A stretch of DNA of 64,000 nucleotides from the IMG/VR virus record IMGVR_UViG_3300046318_000491, positions 1-64,000 of that record. One strand, 5' to 3'. A program made the translations under genes and the position numbers. The notes under the pieces were generated by a model, which was given only the letters and a program-made list of their open reading frames with translations, did no database searches and had not been told where the DNA came from. Positions 39,493 to 51,266 of the stretch are shown here, piece after piece (the stretch's first letter is position 1; each line of letters opens with the position of its first letter). Source of the stretch: a virus.

Positions 39493-39855
39493 ATGAGTAC
39501 ACCTGCTGGTCTTTATAACATCATAGCCGATCAGGGCTCTACTTTCTCGCGCACAATCGTATGGCGAGATCCAGCCAAGAAACCAATCTTGATGGAAGGC
39601 TACAAAGCCCGAATGCACGTCAGAACCTCAGTGGATGCTTCCGATACAGTCCTCGTACTCACCACTGAGAATGGTCGAATTAGTCTTCACCGAACTAATG
39701 GTCAGATTACTTTAACCATAGACGATGACACGATGGCTGCTATTCCTGAAGACAAGTACGTATATGACTTAGAGCTGCTTGGCCCTACTGCTTCACTATA
39801 CGTATACAAATTACTAACAGGCAATTTTGTTGTCCGAGCAGAGGTGACTCGATAA
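39493..39855 (+). CDS. Virion structural adaptor (BppU N-terminal-like Ig-fold) protein
   Basis: DQGSTF...GY.ARM.VR...LTTENG.I...YVYDLEL...G.F.V..EVT; ATG at 39493 preferred; paralog of 61505..61870. Confidence 0.65.
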   Translation: MSTPAGLYNIIADQGSTFSRTIVWRDPAKKPILMEGYKARMHVRTSVDASDTVLVLTTENGRISLHRTNGQITLTIDDDTMAAIPEDKYVYDLELLGPTASLYVYKLLTGNFVVRAEVTR

Positions 39856-40172
39856 TGGCTGGAGATGTTCCAAGCAGTGTCGCGACGGGAAGATATGTCC
39901 GTCAAATTGTCGTTTCCGCTCCAGGTCCACAGGGCCCTGGTGGTGTTGATGGCGTTCAAGCCGATGACATTGTTGCTTTGGTTTCATATCGTCATACTCA
40001 AAACACCCCACTCACTACGTGGACAGTAAACCACAACTTAAACTTCTACCCAAATGTAACAGTGTTCAATAGTGCTGGAAATCAGGTAGAGGGAAATGTA
40101 ATACACACTGATGCAACATCCCTAACCATAACTTTCTCGACAACCGTGTCGGGAAAAGCTCATCTCTCATAA
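39855..40172 (+). CDS. Small virion structural protein
   Basis: PGPQGP; WTVNHNL..YPNVTV beta module shared with the C-terminus of the next gene. Confidence 0.6.
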   Translation: MAGDVPSSVATGRYVRQIVVSAPGPQGPGGVDGVQADDIVALVSYRHTQNTPLTTWTVNHNLNFYPNVTVFNSAGNQVEGNVIHTDATSLTITFSTTVSGKAHLS

Positions 40173-40182
40173 GGAAAAATAA

Positions 40183-42276
40183 ATGGCTCGCCAATTTCTA
40201 ACTGGGCTCAATCTAAATAAGAATGAGCTTCTAAATGCAAAAATCCAAAACCTCTCGACCACAGACATTGCTGCTATCAGCAGTCCTACAGCTGGTCAAC
40301 TCGCTTTTGACACCGACCTACACCAGCTCAAGGTATATAGCGGCACCGCATGGCTAGCTCTAGCTGCTGGCGGTAATGTACAGGAGGCAATCACAGCCGC
40401 TATTGATGCATTGACTACAGATGACATCGAAGAGGGCTCCACTAATCTCTATTACGAGACCGGCCGCGCTAAGACCGACGCTGCAGCCCTTCTAACTAGT
40501 GCAACTAAGACCAACATCACCATCACTGGTGACGGTGATGGTCTCACAATCACAGCTGAGAACGGTGTTGCTGACTCAACCACTGACGACCTTACTGAAG
40601 GTACTACTAACAAGTACTTCACCGACCAGCGTGCAATCGACGCTGTTGGTGGCTCAGCTAGTTCCGCAAATGACCCGAACACCGTTGTAAAGCGTGATGG
40701 CTCCGGGAATTTTGCAGCTGGACAGATCACAGCGAATGAGATTGTAGTTCAAACTGCCGGTAGCATCTTCGAGGACTCTGCCCTTAACATTACATCGACC
40801 AGTGGAAATGACATCAACATTTCTGCTAACCAAGACGTAAACATCACCTCGGCTAACGGCGACATTGTTCTTAACCCTGATGGCAACCTATACAAGGGCT
40901 CAGTAGGTTCTACTAACGAGATTATTACTCAGAGCAGACTTGACTCATACATCGGTGACAACACTGTAAACGGTTCGACTGGTAACACTGTTGCTGACCG
41001 AATTGGCTCAGTCACTGGTAACCTAACCACGCACATCAACGACACCTCTGCTCACGGCACTACCGGAGATGTTGTTGGTACCTCAGACTCCCAGAGTCTA
41101 ACCAATAAGACTCTCGGAACTGGCACAGTTCTTAGCGCTAACGTAGATGCTAACACCTACACCATTACCGACCTAGGTACCCCTTCAAACGACTCTGATG
41201 CCGCTACCAAGCTCTATGTAGACGACACAGTACTTGACCACGCCGCTGCGACAAGCGGAATTCACGGGGTTACAGGTAACATAGTTGGCACCTCAGACAA
41301 TCAGACCCTAACCAACAAGAATTTTGGTTCAGGTAACGTACTTACTGCAGATCTAGATGCTGATGGCAGCACCATTACCAACCTACCTACACCTACTAAC
41401 TCGGGCGACGCAGCAACAAAGGGCTACGTTGACAATGCAGTTGCAGGTCTAACTTGGAAGCCAGCAGTTCACTTGCTTGCAACTTCTAACGTTGCTTTGA
41501 CTGGAGATAACGAGACCCTCGTTATTGACGGCCACACTGCGCTAGGTGTTGATGAAGTTGGTTACCGAATCTTGCTAACCGCTCAGACAACAGACTCACA
41601 AAACGGTATCTATGTATACGCAGACACCGGGACTACATATACCCTCACACGTTCTGCAGATGCAGATGTCTACACCGAACTAAAGGGTGCAACTGTATTC
41701 GTCCAGGAAGGCACCACTTACGGACAGTCGGCATGGACTCAAGGCAACACATACCTAACTGACTTTACTGCTCAAGATTGGGTACAGTTCTCTGGTGCAG
41801 CTCAGATTGTGGCAGGCGCTGGTCTAACCAAGGATGGAAACACTCTTGATGTAGTTGGAACCACCAACCGCATCACCGTGCACGCTGACAACATTGACAT
41901 TTCTACAAGCTATGTCGGTCAGTCAAGCATTACAACCCTTGGAACCATTACCACTGGTGTTTGGAATGGTACTGACATTGCTGTCGCAGATGGTGGTACT
42001 GGTGCTTCAACAGCTGCTGGTGCTCGTCAGAACCTTGGTGCAACCACTAAGTACACAGAGGCTAACCCAGAGCTAATCGTTTCAAGCGGTGAAGTCACTT
42101 GGACCGTAACCCACAACCTAGGTATTCGTACTGTAGTTGTTCAGGTTTATGACACTGTAGGATTTGACTCAGTGGAGGTTGACGTAGAGCGCACCAACAC
42201 CAATACTGTCACTCTCCAGTGGCCAGCATCAGCAACTGTAGATGCAGGATCATACCAAGTAGTAATCATCGGTTAA
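40183..42276 (+). CDS. Tail-fibre-like structural protein
   Basis: Thr/Gly/Asp-rich; TDDL.EG.TN.YFT, QTLTNK and DAATK.YVD fibre motifs; RILL.AQT....NGIY. Confidence 0.75.
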   Translation: MARQFLTGLNLNKNELLNAKIQNLSTTDIAAISSPTAGQLAFDTDLHQLKVYSGTAWLALAAGGNVQEAITAAIDALTTDDIEEGSTNLYYETGRAKTDAAALLTSATKTNITITGDGDGLTITAENGVADSTTDDLTEGTTNKYFTDQRAIDAVGGSASSANDPNTVVKRDGSGNFAAGQITANEIVVQTAGSIFEDSALNITSTSGNDINISANQDVNITSANGDIVLNPDGNLYKGSVGSTNEIITQSRLDSYIGDNTVNGSTGNTVADRIGSVTGNLTTHINDTSAHGTTGDVVGTSDSQSLTNKTLGTGTVLSANVDANTYTITDLGTPSNDSDAATKLYVDDTVLDHAAATSGIHGVTGNIVGTSDNQTLTNKNFGSGNVLTADLDADGSTITNLPTPTNSGDAATKGYVDNAVAGLTWKPAVHLLATSNVALTGDNETLVIDGHTALGVDEVGYRILLTAQTTDSQNGIYVYADTGTTYTLTRSADADVYTELKGATVFVQEGTTYGQSAWTQGNTYLTDFTAQDWVQFSGAAQIVAGAGLTKDGNTLDVVGTTNRITVHADNIDISTSYVGQSSITTLGTITTGVWNGTDIAVADGGTGASTAAGARQNLGATTKYTEANPELIVSSGEVTWTVTHNLGIRTVVVQVYDTVGFDSVEVDVERTNTNTVTLQWPASATVDAGSYQVVIIG

Positions 42277-42301
42277 CATCTAACGATTAAAAGGATCCCA
42301 G

Positions 42302-43216
42302 TTGTCTAGAAAGTTTTTAACACCAGTTGGCCTACCGAAGGGCGACACACTCCCTTCGGTAGGCTCTGCTGGCGATCTCTTTTATAAACTAGACGCGCAA
42401 AAGATCTATGTCCACAATGGCACTGAATGGGTAATTGCTCAGGGTTCTGGCGGGCAGACTACTGTTTCGGCAACAGCACCAACTGGAGCAACCGAGGGCG
42501 ACACTTGGTTTAATACCACTAACGCCAGGAGTTACGTCTACTATGACGGCGCTTGGGTAGATATTTCAGTTGGAAGTATTGGCGCTACGGGGCCTACTGG
42601 ACCGACTGGCCCCCAGGGTGATGCAGGCCCTGGCGGTATTCAGGGTGATACTGGTCCAACTGGTGCTCAGGGTGCATCGATCAACTTCGCTGGATCTGTA
42701 GCAGACTACAGCGAGCTTGACGCAATCACTGGTCAGGCTGTCAATGATGCCTACATCGTGCAGTCTGACGGCAACTTGTGGGTGTGGGATGGCGCAAACT
42801 GGAATGACGTAGGTCAGATTGTTGGACCTACGGGACCTACAGGACCTCAGGGTGCAACTGGTGCTACTGGAGCAAGCGTCACGGGACCTACAGGACCTCA
42901 AGGAGAGACAGGCGCAACAGGTGCAACTGGCCCCCAGGGTGAACCGGGCGAGGGTGGCGGCGTCAGCTCAATGGATCTGCTGACAGATGTTGCTCTAGCA
43001 GATTTACTAGATGGTGACGTACTTTTTTACAATCAAGCAAGTTCAAAATGGATCAACGTAAGCCTAGTTTCAATCCTCGCTGATCTTGGAGCTCTCCCGG
43101 GGATATCTGGCGGAGACTATAACACAACAATATTCGCTGGTACAATTGATGGTGGGCAATACAACACCACCAGCTTTGGATCGTCAATCGACGGTGGAAA
43201 TGAAGGTAGCTTCTAA
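42302..43216 (+). CDS. Collagen-like fibre protein
   Basis: Two (Gly-X-Y)n blocks (GPT/GAT/GPQ) between short GD.W/F...W beta modules. Confidence 0.8.
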   Translation: MSRKFLTPVGLPKGDTLPSVGSAGDLFYKLDAQKIYVHNGTEWVIAQGSGGQTTVSATAPTGATEGDTWFNTTNARSYVYYDGAWVDISVGSIGATGPTGPTGPQGDAGPGGIQGDTGPTGAQGASINFAGSVADYSELDAITGQAVNDAYIVQSDGNLWVWDGANWNDVGQIVGPTGPTGPQGATGATGASVTGPTGPQGETGATGATGPQGEPGEGGGVSSMDLLTDVALADLLDGDVLFYNQASSKWINVSLVSILADLGALPGISGGDYNTTIFAGTIDGGQYNTTSFGSSIDGGNEGSF

Positions 43217-46200
43217 TGGCAGTTAAAATTCAAGTACGTCGCGGAACCGCGGCTAACTGGACCTCAACCAACCCTACCCTTTCAGTAGGCGAGCTTGCGT
43301 TTGAGACTGATACCGGCAAGATAAAGGTCGGTACTGGTTCAACAGCATGGACCTCGCTTCCATATGCAGGTATGACCCCAACGGAAGTTGCTGCCGCCAT
43401 TACAGCAGCCGTTGGGAATGTTATCGATCTAGCTCCTGACGCACTGGACACTCTAAACGAGCTTGCTGCAGCAATTAATGATGACCCAGACTTTTTCAAT
43501 ACAATCTCAACTGCCCTGGGAACCAAGCAGGACAAGGTAACTGGCGTATCTGACACTGAAATTGGATATCTAGACGGCGTCACCTCGGCTATTCAGACTC
43601 AGCTAGATGGTAAGCAAGCGATTGTCTCAGGCGTGAGCTCAACCGAGATCGGGTATCTAGACGGTGTTACCTCTGGTATTCAGGGTCAGCTAGATGCCAA
43701 GGCTTCTTCCACTGACCTTTCAAACCACGCCTCCGACACCACAAGCATTCACGGTATTGCAGACACCTCGGCATTGGAGACCCAAACCGGGGCTCAGACC
43801 AAGGCTGATACAGCCGAGCAAAACGCTAAAAACTACGCAGAAGAAGTTGTAGCCAGTTTAATTGATTCAGCGCCAAACGCGTTAAATACTTTAAACGAAA
43901 TTGCTGCAGCAATTAATGATGATGCGTCATTCTTTATGTCTGTGGAGTCACGTGTTCAGGATGCTGAAACAGCTATTACAACTCACAATGCTGAGCTAGT
44001 AAACGTACACGGTATCTCTGATACTCGTGACTTGGTCTACGAGACTCAGATGATCACAGCAATTGGCACCCACAGCGATGACACAACAAACGTTCACGGT
44101 ATCGCTGATACGGCTGACATTGCACTGAAAGATAGTCCAACATTCACCGGCAGCGTGAGCCTCCCAGCTACTACAACAATTGAAACAACTGGCGGCGTTC
44201 TCCAGGTTGGCCCTACCGAGTTCGCCAAACTTAGCGAAATTACTGCAACAGCTACAGAGTTAAATACTCTTGAGGGCATTACAGCATCTACCGCTGAGCT
44301 AAATACACTTGATGGCATCACTGCCAGCACTACCGAGCTGAACACTCTAGATGGTATTACAGCATCTACAGCAGAGCTAAATATCCTTGACGGCGCGACT
44401 GTCACCGCTACAGAGTTAAATACTCTAGAGGGTATTACAGCATCTACATCAGAGTTGAACACTCTAGAGGGTATTACAGCCTCAACCGCTGAGCTAAACC
44501 TCCTCGACGGAGTCACCGCGACCACTGAAGAGTTGAACATCCTAGATGGAGTAACTGCTACTGCTGCAGAGCTAAATACTCTGGATGGTATTACCTCTAC
44601 TACTTCAGACATTAATAAACTTACTGGACTATCTACTTCTACTACAGAACTAGACTATGTTGCTGGAGTAACCTCTCCAATTCAGAATCAACTTGACGAT
44701 AAAGCACCTATTGCTAACCCTACTTTCACGGGTACAGTGGCCGGTGTCTCAAAGTCCATGGTTGGCTTAGGAAGCGTAGACAACACAGCTGACGTAGATA
44801 AGCCAGTTTCAACCGCGACTCAGGTTTTGATTAACCAGAAGGCGGCTCTAAACAGCCCGACCTTTACTGGAACTGTTTCAGGCATTACCAAGTCAATGGT
44901 TGGCCTAGGTAACGTTGACAACACTTCAGATGCAAACAAGTCAATCTCGAGTGCAACTCAGACTGCGCTTGATGCAAAAGCTTCGTCAACTGATTTGTCC
45001 ACTCACGCTTCAGACACCACAAGCGTTCACGGTATTGCCGACACTTCATTGCTTGAAACCACCTCAGGTGCTCAGGACAAGGCAGATGCAGCCGAGACAG
45101 CAGCTAACAGCTTTACAACCTCTGCAATAAACGCGCTTACAACTTCAGACATTGAAGAAGGTACAAACCTCTACTTTACCAATGAGCGTGCTCAGGATGC
45201 AATTGGTAACAACGTAGGCGATGGTCTAGCGTATAACGATGCTACTGGAGTTGTTTCTGTAGCTGCCGGTACTGGTATCCTTACCTCTCTTAGCGGCTTA
45301 GTAGATATAAACACCGCGGTAGTTGCTACTCTCGATGGAGAGCAAACTTTAACCAACAAAACTATTGACACTGCAGACAACGACATCACTGTCGTGGTTG
45401 CAGATGTCTCTGACTTGACGGCATCAGCATCTGAGCTAAACGTGCTTGACGGCATTACAGCTACAACTACCGAGCTTAACTACGTAGACGGTGTTACTGA
45501 CCCAATTCAGACTCAGCTTGATGCTAAGGCATCTCTTGCTGGTGCAACATTTACTGGAACTGTAAACGGTATTACTAAGGCCATGGTTGGTCTAAACAAT
45601 GTGAACAACACAGCGGATGCCAACAAGCCGGTATCTACTGCGACACAGACTGCGCTTGATGCAAAGCTATCACTGACCGGTGGAACTTTAACTGGTGACC
45701 TAACACTTAATGCTGCACCAACATCTGACTTACACGCTGCAACCAAAGCATATGTAGACACTCTTGCAACAGGTCTTCGAGTTAAAGATCCAGTAGTCGT
45801 AGCTACCACTACAAACCTAACTGCTACATATGACAATGGTACTGATGGTCTAGGAGCATTCCTAGAGGGCAGTTCAAACGGTGCTCTAGGTTTAATTGAT
45901 AACTATGCAGTAACTACCAACGACCGAGTATTGGTTCGTTCTCAGACTGATGCCACCGAAAACGGTATCTATTATGTAGACAGCCTAGGCTCTGGCTCGG
46001 CTAAGTGGAAGCTCATCCGTGCATCAGATGCAGATAACAGCCCTTCAGCCGAGGTTGCTGGTGGTAATTTCTGTCTAGTACAATTTGGTGACACCAATTC
46101 TAATGCCGGATTTATCATCTCAACCGTGGGAACAATAACCCTTGGTACTGATGATGTCGTGTTTACTCAGTTCAGTGCCGCTCAGAACATTCTTGCAGGA

Positions 46201-46998
46201 ACCGGAATTGTTAAAGACGGTTCAGAGATTTCAATCGATGCAGCTGTAGTTGCAACTTTAAATGGTTCTACGTTCACCGGAACTACAGTTCTACCAGTTA
46301 CTACCTCTATTGGTGCAGTTACAGGTACAGAGATCTCGTACCTAGAGGGTGTTACATCTTCAGTTCAAGACCAAATTGATACCAAGGCCCCGTCAAACAG
46401 CCCAATCTTTACTGGCGAGGTATATGTACCGCTAACTGCTGGTGTAGTTAAGTCTTCTGCCGGTGGCCTTCTATCTGCAGGAAACATTCAGCCAGCCGAT
46501 GTTGCAGGTACTGCAGTAATTACCACAGACTCTCGACTATCTAACTCTCGTACTCCGAGCGGTTCTGCTGGTGGAGACCTAACTGGTTCTTACCCAAACC
46601 CAACCTTGGCAACCTCAGGCGTAACCGCTGGTTCATACACCAATGCAAACATCACAGTGGACGCAAAGGGTCGAATCACCCTTGCATCTGATGGTGCTGG
46701 TGGCGGTGCAAGTCTTGCCGTATCAGCAACTCCTCCAACCGGGGCAACCGAGGGCGACCTATGGTTTAACAGCGAGGCAGCTGGAATCTATGCATTCTAC
46801 GACGGCTACTGGGTTCTAACCTCTGGTGAAGCTGGTCCTCAGGGCCCAGCTGGTCCTACTGGCCCTGCTGGAGAGGCACTTCCTACAGGAGGAACTACTG
46901 GCCAGTTCTTGACCAAGGCCTCGAACACTAACGGCGACGTTGAGTGGACAACCCTGCCTACTGATACCGATATAATGGTAATCATGGGTGCTTACTAA
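43216..46998 (+). CDS. Long tail-fibre protein with Mtd-N/hyaluronidase-like N-terminus
   Basis: [11 protein letters not shown]...[18 protein letters not shown]; [15 protein letters not shown] twice; 13-aa repeats; K.MVGL..VDNT.D repeats. Confidence 0.8.
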   Translation: MAVKIQVRRGTAANWTSTNPTLSVGELAFETDTGKIKVGTGSTAWTSLPYAGMTPTEVAAAITAAVGNVIDLAPDALDTLNELAAAINDDPDFFNTISTALGTKQDKVTGVSDTEIGYLDGVTSAIQTQLDGKQAIVSGVSSTEIGYLDGVTSGIQGQLDAKASSTDLSNHASDTTSIHGIADTSALETQTGAQTKADTAEQNAKNYAEEVVASLIDSAPNALNTLNEIAAAINDDASFFMSVESRVQDAETAITTHNAELVNVHGISDTRDLVYETQMITAIGTHSDDTTNVHGIADTADIALKDSPTFTGSVSLPATTTIETTGGVLQVGPTEFAKLSEITATATELNTLEGITASTAELNTLDGITASTTELNTLDGITASTAELNILDGATVTATELNTLEGITASTSELNTLEGITASTAELNLLDGVTATTEELNILDGVTATAAELNTLDGITSTTSDINKLTGLSTSTTELDYVAGVTSPIQNQLDDKAPIANPTFTGTVAGVSKSMVGLGSVDNTADVDKPVSTATQVLINQKAALNSPTFTGTVSGITKSMVGLGNVDNTSDANKSISSATQTALDAKASSTDLSTHASDTTSVHGIADTSLLETTSGAQDKADAAETAANSFTTSAINALTTSDIEEGTNLYFTNERAQDAIGNNVGDGLAYNDATGVVSVAAGTGILTSLSGLVDINTAVVATLDGEQTLTNKTIDTADNDITVVVADVSDLTASASELNVLDGITATTTELNYVDGVTDPIQTQLDAKASLAGATFTGTVNGITKAMVGLNNVNNTADANKPVSTATQTALDAKLSLTGGTLTGDLTLNAAPTSDLHAATKAYVDTLATGLRVKDPVVVATTTNLTATYDNGTDGLGAFLEGSSNGALGLIDNYAVTTNDRVLVRSQTDATENGIYYVDSLGSGSAKWKLIRASDADNSPSAEVAGGNFCLVQFGDTNSNAGFIISTVGTITLGTDDVVFTQFSAAQNILAGTGIVKDGSEISIDAAVVATLNGSTFTGTTVLPVTTSIGAVTGTEISYLEGVTSSVQDQIDTKAPSNSPIFTGEVYVPLTAGVVKSSAGGLLSAGNIQPADVAGTAVITTDSRLSNSRTPSGSAGGDLTGSYPNPTLATSGVTAGSYTNANITVDAKGRITLASDGAGGGASLAVSATPPTGATEGDLWFNSEAAGIYAFYDGYWVLTSGEAGPQGPAGPTGPAGEALPTGGTTGQFLTKASNTNGDVEWTTLPTDTDIMVIMGAY
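44239..44667 (+). repeat. Eleven tandem 39-nt (13-aa) repeats, consensus [13 protein letters not shown]
   Basis: Read directly from the translation of 43216..46998. Confidence 0.9.
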
Positions 46999-47031
46999 CA
47001 GATAACGCACAAAACAAGAAAGTAGTAAATA

Positions 47032-47346
47032 ATGGCTACCACAACTAAAGCCCTAGCGCGAACTGCATTCGCCACAACCGAGGGCGATCTCTATACAGTG
47101 CCTACCACTGGAACTACCACCGTTGTCACCAACGTTGTTGTGGTAAATACCAGCCCTGCACAGCAGACCTTTAACCTTCTTCTAGATGGAGTCGAGCTAT
47201 TTGAGCAGACTCCTATTGCTGGCTACGGTACAATCTCCGTAGATATGAAGCAAGTTCTAGATGCAAACTCAACCGCTAAGAAGATTCGCGGTTTTGCATC
47301 AGCAACATCAGTAAAAGTCCACATTAGCGGAGTAGAGATAGCGTAA
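47032..47346 (+). CDS. Small beta-rich virion protein
   Basis: LYTVP...TVVTNVVVVN...ISGVE; located among fibre genes. Confidence 0.6.
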   Translation: MATTTKALARTAFATTEGDLYTVPTTGTTTVVTNVVVVNTSPAQQTFNLLLDGVELFEQTPIAGYGTISVDMKQVLDANSTAKKIRGFASATSVKVHISGVEIA

Positions 47347-50300
47347 TGAGTATTCAACAGTTCCCAGCGTCAGACGGTCGTTTTAACCCAACCGAGATCC
47401 TGACCGACCCAGTAAATAAACTACGTACCTCAACCGCTCAGGCGCTGATCGATACTGACTTCGAGTACGGTACCCAGCAGTCAAAGTGGGAGAACCTTGG
47501 CGTAACTAACAACCGCCCTTTTGCTGCACCCTCAGCCACTGCAATCCCTAACGTGTCTGCAATTACTATGTCTACCAATGCTCGCATTGTGACAGTTACT
47601 CTGACTACAACTACAGCCACCGTAACCAACGCGCTTTCAGCAACACCTGTTACGGGCTACGTTGAGTACACAACCTCGGCTGCTCACGGCTTTTCAACAG
47701 GTCAGTACGTAACCATCTCTGGGTCATCAGTTTCTGGATACAATGGTACTTTTCTAATCTACTCAACCCCAACTACTACAACTTTTGCAGTTGCCAACTC
47801 AGCCACCGGAATCGAAACTTGGTCGTCAGGTCAGGCAGTTTCCGGTGTTGCTCCGGTGACTGGAACTGCAGTCAACGTACAAGACACTTTCCTTGCGGCA
47901 GCTAACGGTAACTTCTTAATTGAATCAGGTGGTGGTACTGGAAGCTTTACCTACCTAGGTCGTGCCCAGAACAAGACAACTGTTACTGATATTTTGGACC
48001 CAAACAAGACTTCAATTTATGTTGCAAACCTGTACACAAATGCAAAAATTGGAGATGCTCCTACTCTTAGCGTTTCTGGGTCTAATCTAAAAGTCACCGT
48101 AACTACCACCGTCCCTCATGGTCTGTCTATTGGTAACACAATCGCCGTGACTGGTGTAACTGGAACTAATCCGCCAAACGGCTCGTACCGCGTGGCAACA
48201 GTTTCAACGCCCACTACCTTTGTCTACTACGCTGACCCTACCGAAGGCAATCCAGCAAGCTTGACAACAACAAACGCAGCTATCTATGTACGTCCGCAGG
48301 CTCAGTTCTTGCACCGTGCATTTGACGGCGGTGTTCTGTTCTCCGCTAACGCAAGTTCAAACTACGAGGCCGCTATTCGTCAGACTCGTCGTTACTTCCG
48401 CTACCAGTCTGGTAAGGGTCTTCAGATTTCATCTGGAACAATCTTTAAGCCTTACGCAACCATCGACGGTATTACTTCTTCTGGAACCACGGCAACAGTA
48501 ACCACCAAGGAACAGCACAACATTCAGCCAGGCACCTCAATTTTGGTATCAGGTGCGAACGAAACTCCTTATAACGGTGTTTTTACCGTCGCAGAGATCA
48601 CAGGGTTTAATACTTTTACATATGAGATGGAAACATCAGCTGCTGGCCCAGCCACTGGAATTGTAAACCTAAATGTTAACTCATGGTATGGCTCATCTAA
48701 CCGACTAGGCCAGTTTGACGCCCAAAACGGCGTCTTCTGGGAATTTGACGGTCAGGGTCTCTATGCTGTAAAGCGTTCATCTACCCAGCAGCTTTCTGGT
48801 CGATCAACCGTGACTCAAGGCTCTAACGTAGTAACCAGAACTAGCGCGTCTTTCCCTACTTCATACTCAAGTCAGCTAATTCCTGGTGACTATGTAGTAA
48901 TTCGCGGGCAGTCATACAGAGTTACTGCAGTTGATGATATATCAGCCACCCCTAACTTCACTATTTCACCTTCATATCGCGCTGCAAGCGCCTCCCACGT
49001 CAGTATCTCAAAGACTATTGATACCCGCATCCCTCAGTCAGAGTTCAACCTAGACAAGGTCGATGGTACCGGCCCTTCAGGCTACACTGTTGATTTGACC
49101 AAGATGCAGATGTTCTACATTGACTACTCTTGGTACGGTGCTGGCTTTATCCGCTGGGGACTTCGCGGTGAAGATGGCAACGTGTTCTATGTTCACAAGA
49201 TGAAGAACAACAATGTTAACAACGAAGCATACATGCGTTCTGGAAACCTTCCAGCTCGCTATGAATCATCAACCTTGCCTCCAACAACTCGTGTAGACGC
49301 GAGCCTTTCAGACACTGATACTACTATGACAGTTCTGGATACTTCGGCTTTCCCTACAGCTGGAACTCTAGTTATTCGCCCTAGCACCACAGATAACCAG
49401 GCGGGACTACTTCACGAGTACGTGAACTATACCGGCAAGACTGCTACAACTTTTACTGGACTAACTCGTGGAGGCGCTGGAGCAACTAGCGTTGCATCTA
49501 CTTGGACTATTGGTTCAAACACTGGCACTGTTGCAAGTGCTTCTGGACTTCAGATTGGCCAGCGTGTATTCTCTAGTACATCACCTAGCCCAGTACCAGA
49601 CGGTGCTTTTATTACAGGCATTTCTGGAACCGTTATCACCCTAAATACTGCAATTACCGGGTCAAACCCGACTCTAATTTTTGCTCCTATGGGTGCCACG
49701 GCTCAGACATATACTCACGTTGATACTGCACCTACATCAGTAGAGCTGGCGTTCCCTTCATTTGCACCATCTATCTCCCACTGGGGTACTTCGGTAATTA
49801 TGGATGGTCGTTTCGATGATGACGCGTCCCTTATCTTCACCTACGGTCAGACTGGAACAGTGTCAATCCCTGCCAACGCATCGAAGGCGCTATTCTCAAT
49901 CCGTCTAGCTCCTTCAGTAGATAACGGTATTAGTGCTAACTTCGGACAGCGCGAGATCATCAACCGCATGCAGCTAAAGATGAACAGCCTCGGTGTGACC
50001 ACAACCTCAGCATCCACGAATTACCTAGTGCGTGCTTACTTGAATGCAGTACCATCTGCAGGAGTTACTTGGACCACTCCAAACTTCTACGAGACCGGAA
50101 CTGCTAACTCATCGCTAGCTCAGATTGCTGACTACCGCGCTAACGGAAACGTTACTGTCTCTGGTGGTGAAATTACTGGTGGTTTCTTGTCTCAGGGTAC
50201 CGACTCAATTGAATTGAACCGTCTACGCGACCTTGGTAACTGTATTCTTGGCGGTGGAGGTACAACCTCAAACAGTGGCATCTACCCAGACGGCCCAGAC

Positions 50301-50384
50301 ACACTTACCATCGTTGTAACTAACCTATCAACAGCTACCGCGTCATTTAGCGGTCGTCTAGCATGGACAGAGGCACAGGCATAA
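47346..50384 (+). CDS. Large virion structural protein with repeated beta-barrel modules
   Basis: Three T....HG...G..V.ISG.....YNG.F.V repeats; RQTRRYFRYQSGK; IDYSWYGAG. Confidence 0.7.
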   Translation: MSIQQFPASDGRFNPTEILTDPVNKLRTSTAQALIDTDFEYGTQQSKWENLGVTNNRPFAAPSATAIPNVSAITMSTNARIVTVTLTTTTATVTNALSATPVTGYVEYTTSAAHGFSTGQYVTISGSSVSGYNGTFLIYSTPTTTTFAVANSATGIETWSSGQAVSGVAPVTGTAVNVQDTFLAAANGNFLIESGGGTGSFTYLGRAQNKTTVTDILDPNKTSIYVANLYTNAKIGDAPTLSVSGSNLKVTVTTTVPHGLSIGNTIAVTGVTGTNPPNGSYRVATVSTPTTFVYYADPTEGNPASLTTTNAAIYVRPQAQFLHRAFDGGVLFSANASSNYEAAIRQTRRYFRYQSGKGLQISSGTIFKPYATIDGITSSGTTATVTTKEQHNIQPGTSILVSGANETPYNGVFTVAEITGFNTFTYEMETSAAGPATGIVNLNVNSWYGSSNRLGQFDAQNGVFWEFDGQGLYAVKRSSTQQLSGRSTVTQGSNVVTRTSASFPTSYSSQLIPGDYVVIRGQSYRVTAVDDISATPNFTISPSYRAASASHVSISKTIDTRIPQSEFNLDKVDGTGPSGYTVDLTKMQMFYIDYSWYGAGFIRWGLRGEDGNVFYVHKMKNNNVNNEAYMRSGNLPARYESSTLPPTTRVDASLSDTDTTMTVLDTSAFPTAGTLVIRPSTTDNQAGLLHEYVNYTGKTATTFTGLTRGGAGATSVASTWTIGSNTGTVASASGLQIGQRVFSSTSPSPVPDGAFITGISGTVITLNTAITGSNPTLIFAPMGATAQTYTHVDTAPTSVELAFPSFAPSISHWGTSVIMDGRFDDDASLIFTYGQTGTVSIPANASKALFSIRLAPSVDNGISANFGQREIINRMQLKMNSLGVTTTSASTNYLVRAYLNAVPSAGVTWTTPNFYETGTANSSLAQIADYRANGNVTVSGGEITGGFLSQGTDSIELNRLRDLGNCILGGGGTTSNSGIYPDGPDTLTIVVTNLSTATASFSGRLAWTEAQA

Positions 50385-51241
50385 TGGCTATTAATTTTCC
50401 TGCAGAACCAGAAGTAGGAGATGTTTACTCCTATAACAATCGTTCTTGGACATGGTCCGGCGAAGTTTGGACTCCTAACCGCCCGCAGTACACCGCAGAT
50501 CGAGACATCATTTCAGATGCCGATGGGTACCTTGTAGCTGCCACCACCACGTCAACCGAAATTGGTTACGTGGCTGGTGTCACCTCATCTGTGCAGGACC
50601 AGCTCGATGATAAGGCTCCTTTAGCTAGTCCAACACTTACCGGCGCACCTACAGCTCCGACTGCAACTGCAGATCAGACTGATACGCAGATTGCTACTAC
50701 GGCTTTTGTAATTGGCCAGGCTTCCTCATCGACACCAGCTGCTAACGGGACAGCTGCAACTGGAACTTCAAAGAAATATGCTCGTGCAGACCACGTTCAC
50801 GCAACTGACACCACTCTTGCACCTAAGGCAGCTCCTACTTTTACGGGTGTTGTCACAGTGGCTGCTGATGGAATTGCCTTCACTGACGGGACCCAAACTA
50901 AGCAGGGCGTGCCATCTTTAACTACAATCAAGGCAGCGATTACCGCTAATGCAACTACATCTACGCTAAGCAATGCACTAACCTACCGCGACTCTTTAGT
51001 CCCAATAGCGGGAGCCTGGTCGGTTACCATTGATGCGGATACCACTAACTCAATCACTTTCCCGATTGGGACCTCGATTGATTTCTATCAGAGCTCCGGT
51101 ACCGGAGCTAGCTTTGTGCAAGGCGCTGGTGTAACCCTACTTAAAACTCCGGGTCTAAACTTCCGCACTACTTACTCATCTGCTACAATAACCAAGGTTG
51201 CTAACAACACTTGGCTTGTGTACGGCGACTTATCAGCTTAA
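50384..51241 (+). CDS. Short fibre protein
   Basis: MAINFP...W.W.G..W start coupled at TAATG; PTAPT...TQIATTAFV; YARADHVH; C-terminal FPIG...W.VYGDL domain. Confidence 0.7.
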   Translation: MAINFPAEPEVGDVYSYNNRSWTWSGEVWTPNRPQYTADRDIISDADGYLVAATTTSTEIGYVAGVTSSVQDQLDDKAPLASPTLTGAPTAPTATADQTDTQIATTAFVIGQASSSTPAANGTAATGTSKKYARADHVHATDTTLAPKAAPTFTGVVTVAADGIAFTDGTQTKQGVPSLTTIKAAITANATTSTLSNALTYRDSLVPIAGAWSVTIDADTTNSITFPIGTSIDFYQSSGTGASFVQGAGVTLLKTPGLNFRTTYSSATITKVANNTWLVYGDLSA

Positions 51242-51266
51242 TTTTATTAAGGTAGAATGACATACT

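Noticed and set aside
44239-44667. CRISPR-like periodic repeats
   Set aside because: They are in-frame 39-nt coding repeats with synonymous variation and no unique spacers; no cas genes are present.
43216-46998. Diversity-generating retroelement suggested by the Mtd-like N-terminus
   Set aside because: No reverse transcriptase and no template/variable repeat pair differing at adenines is visible; this N-terminal domain is a generic fibre module.
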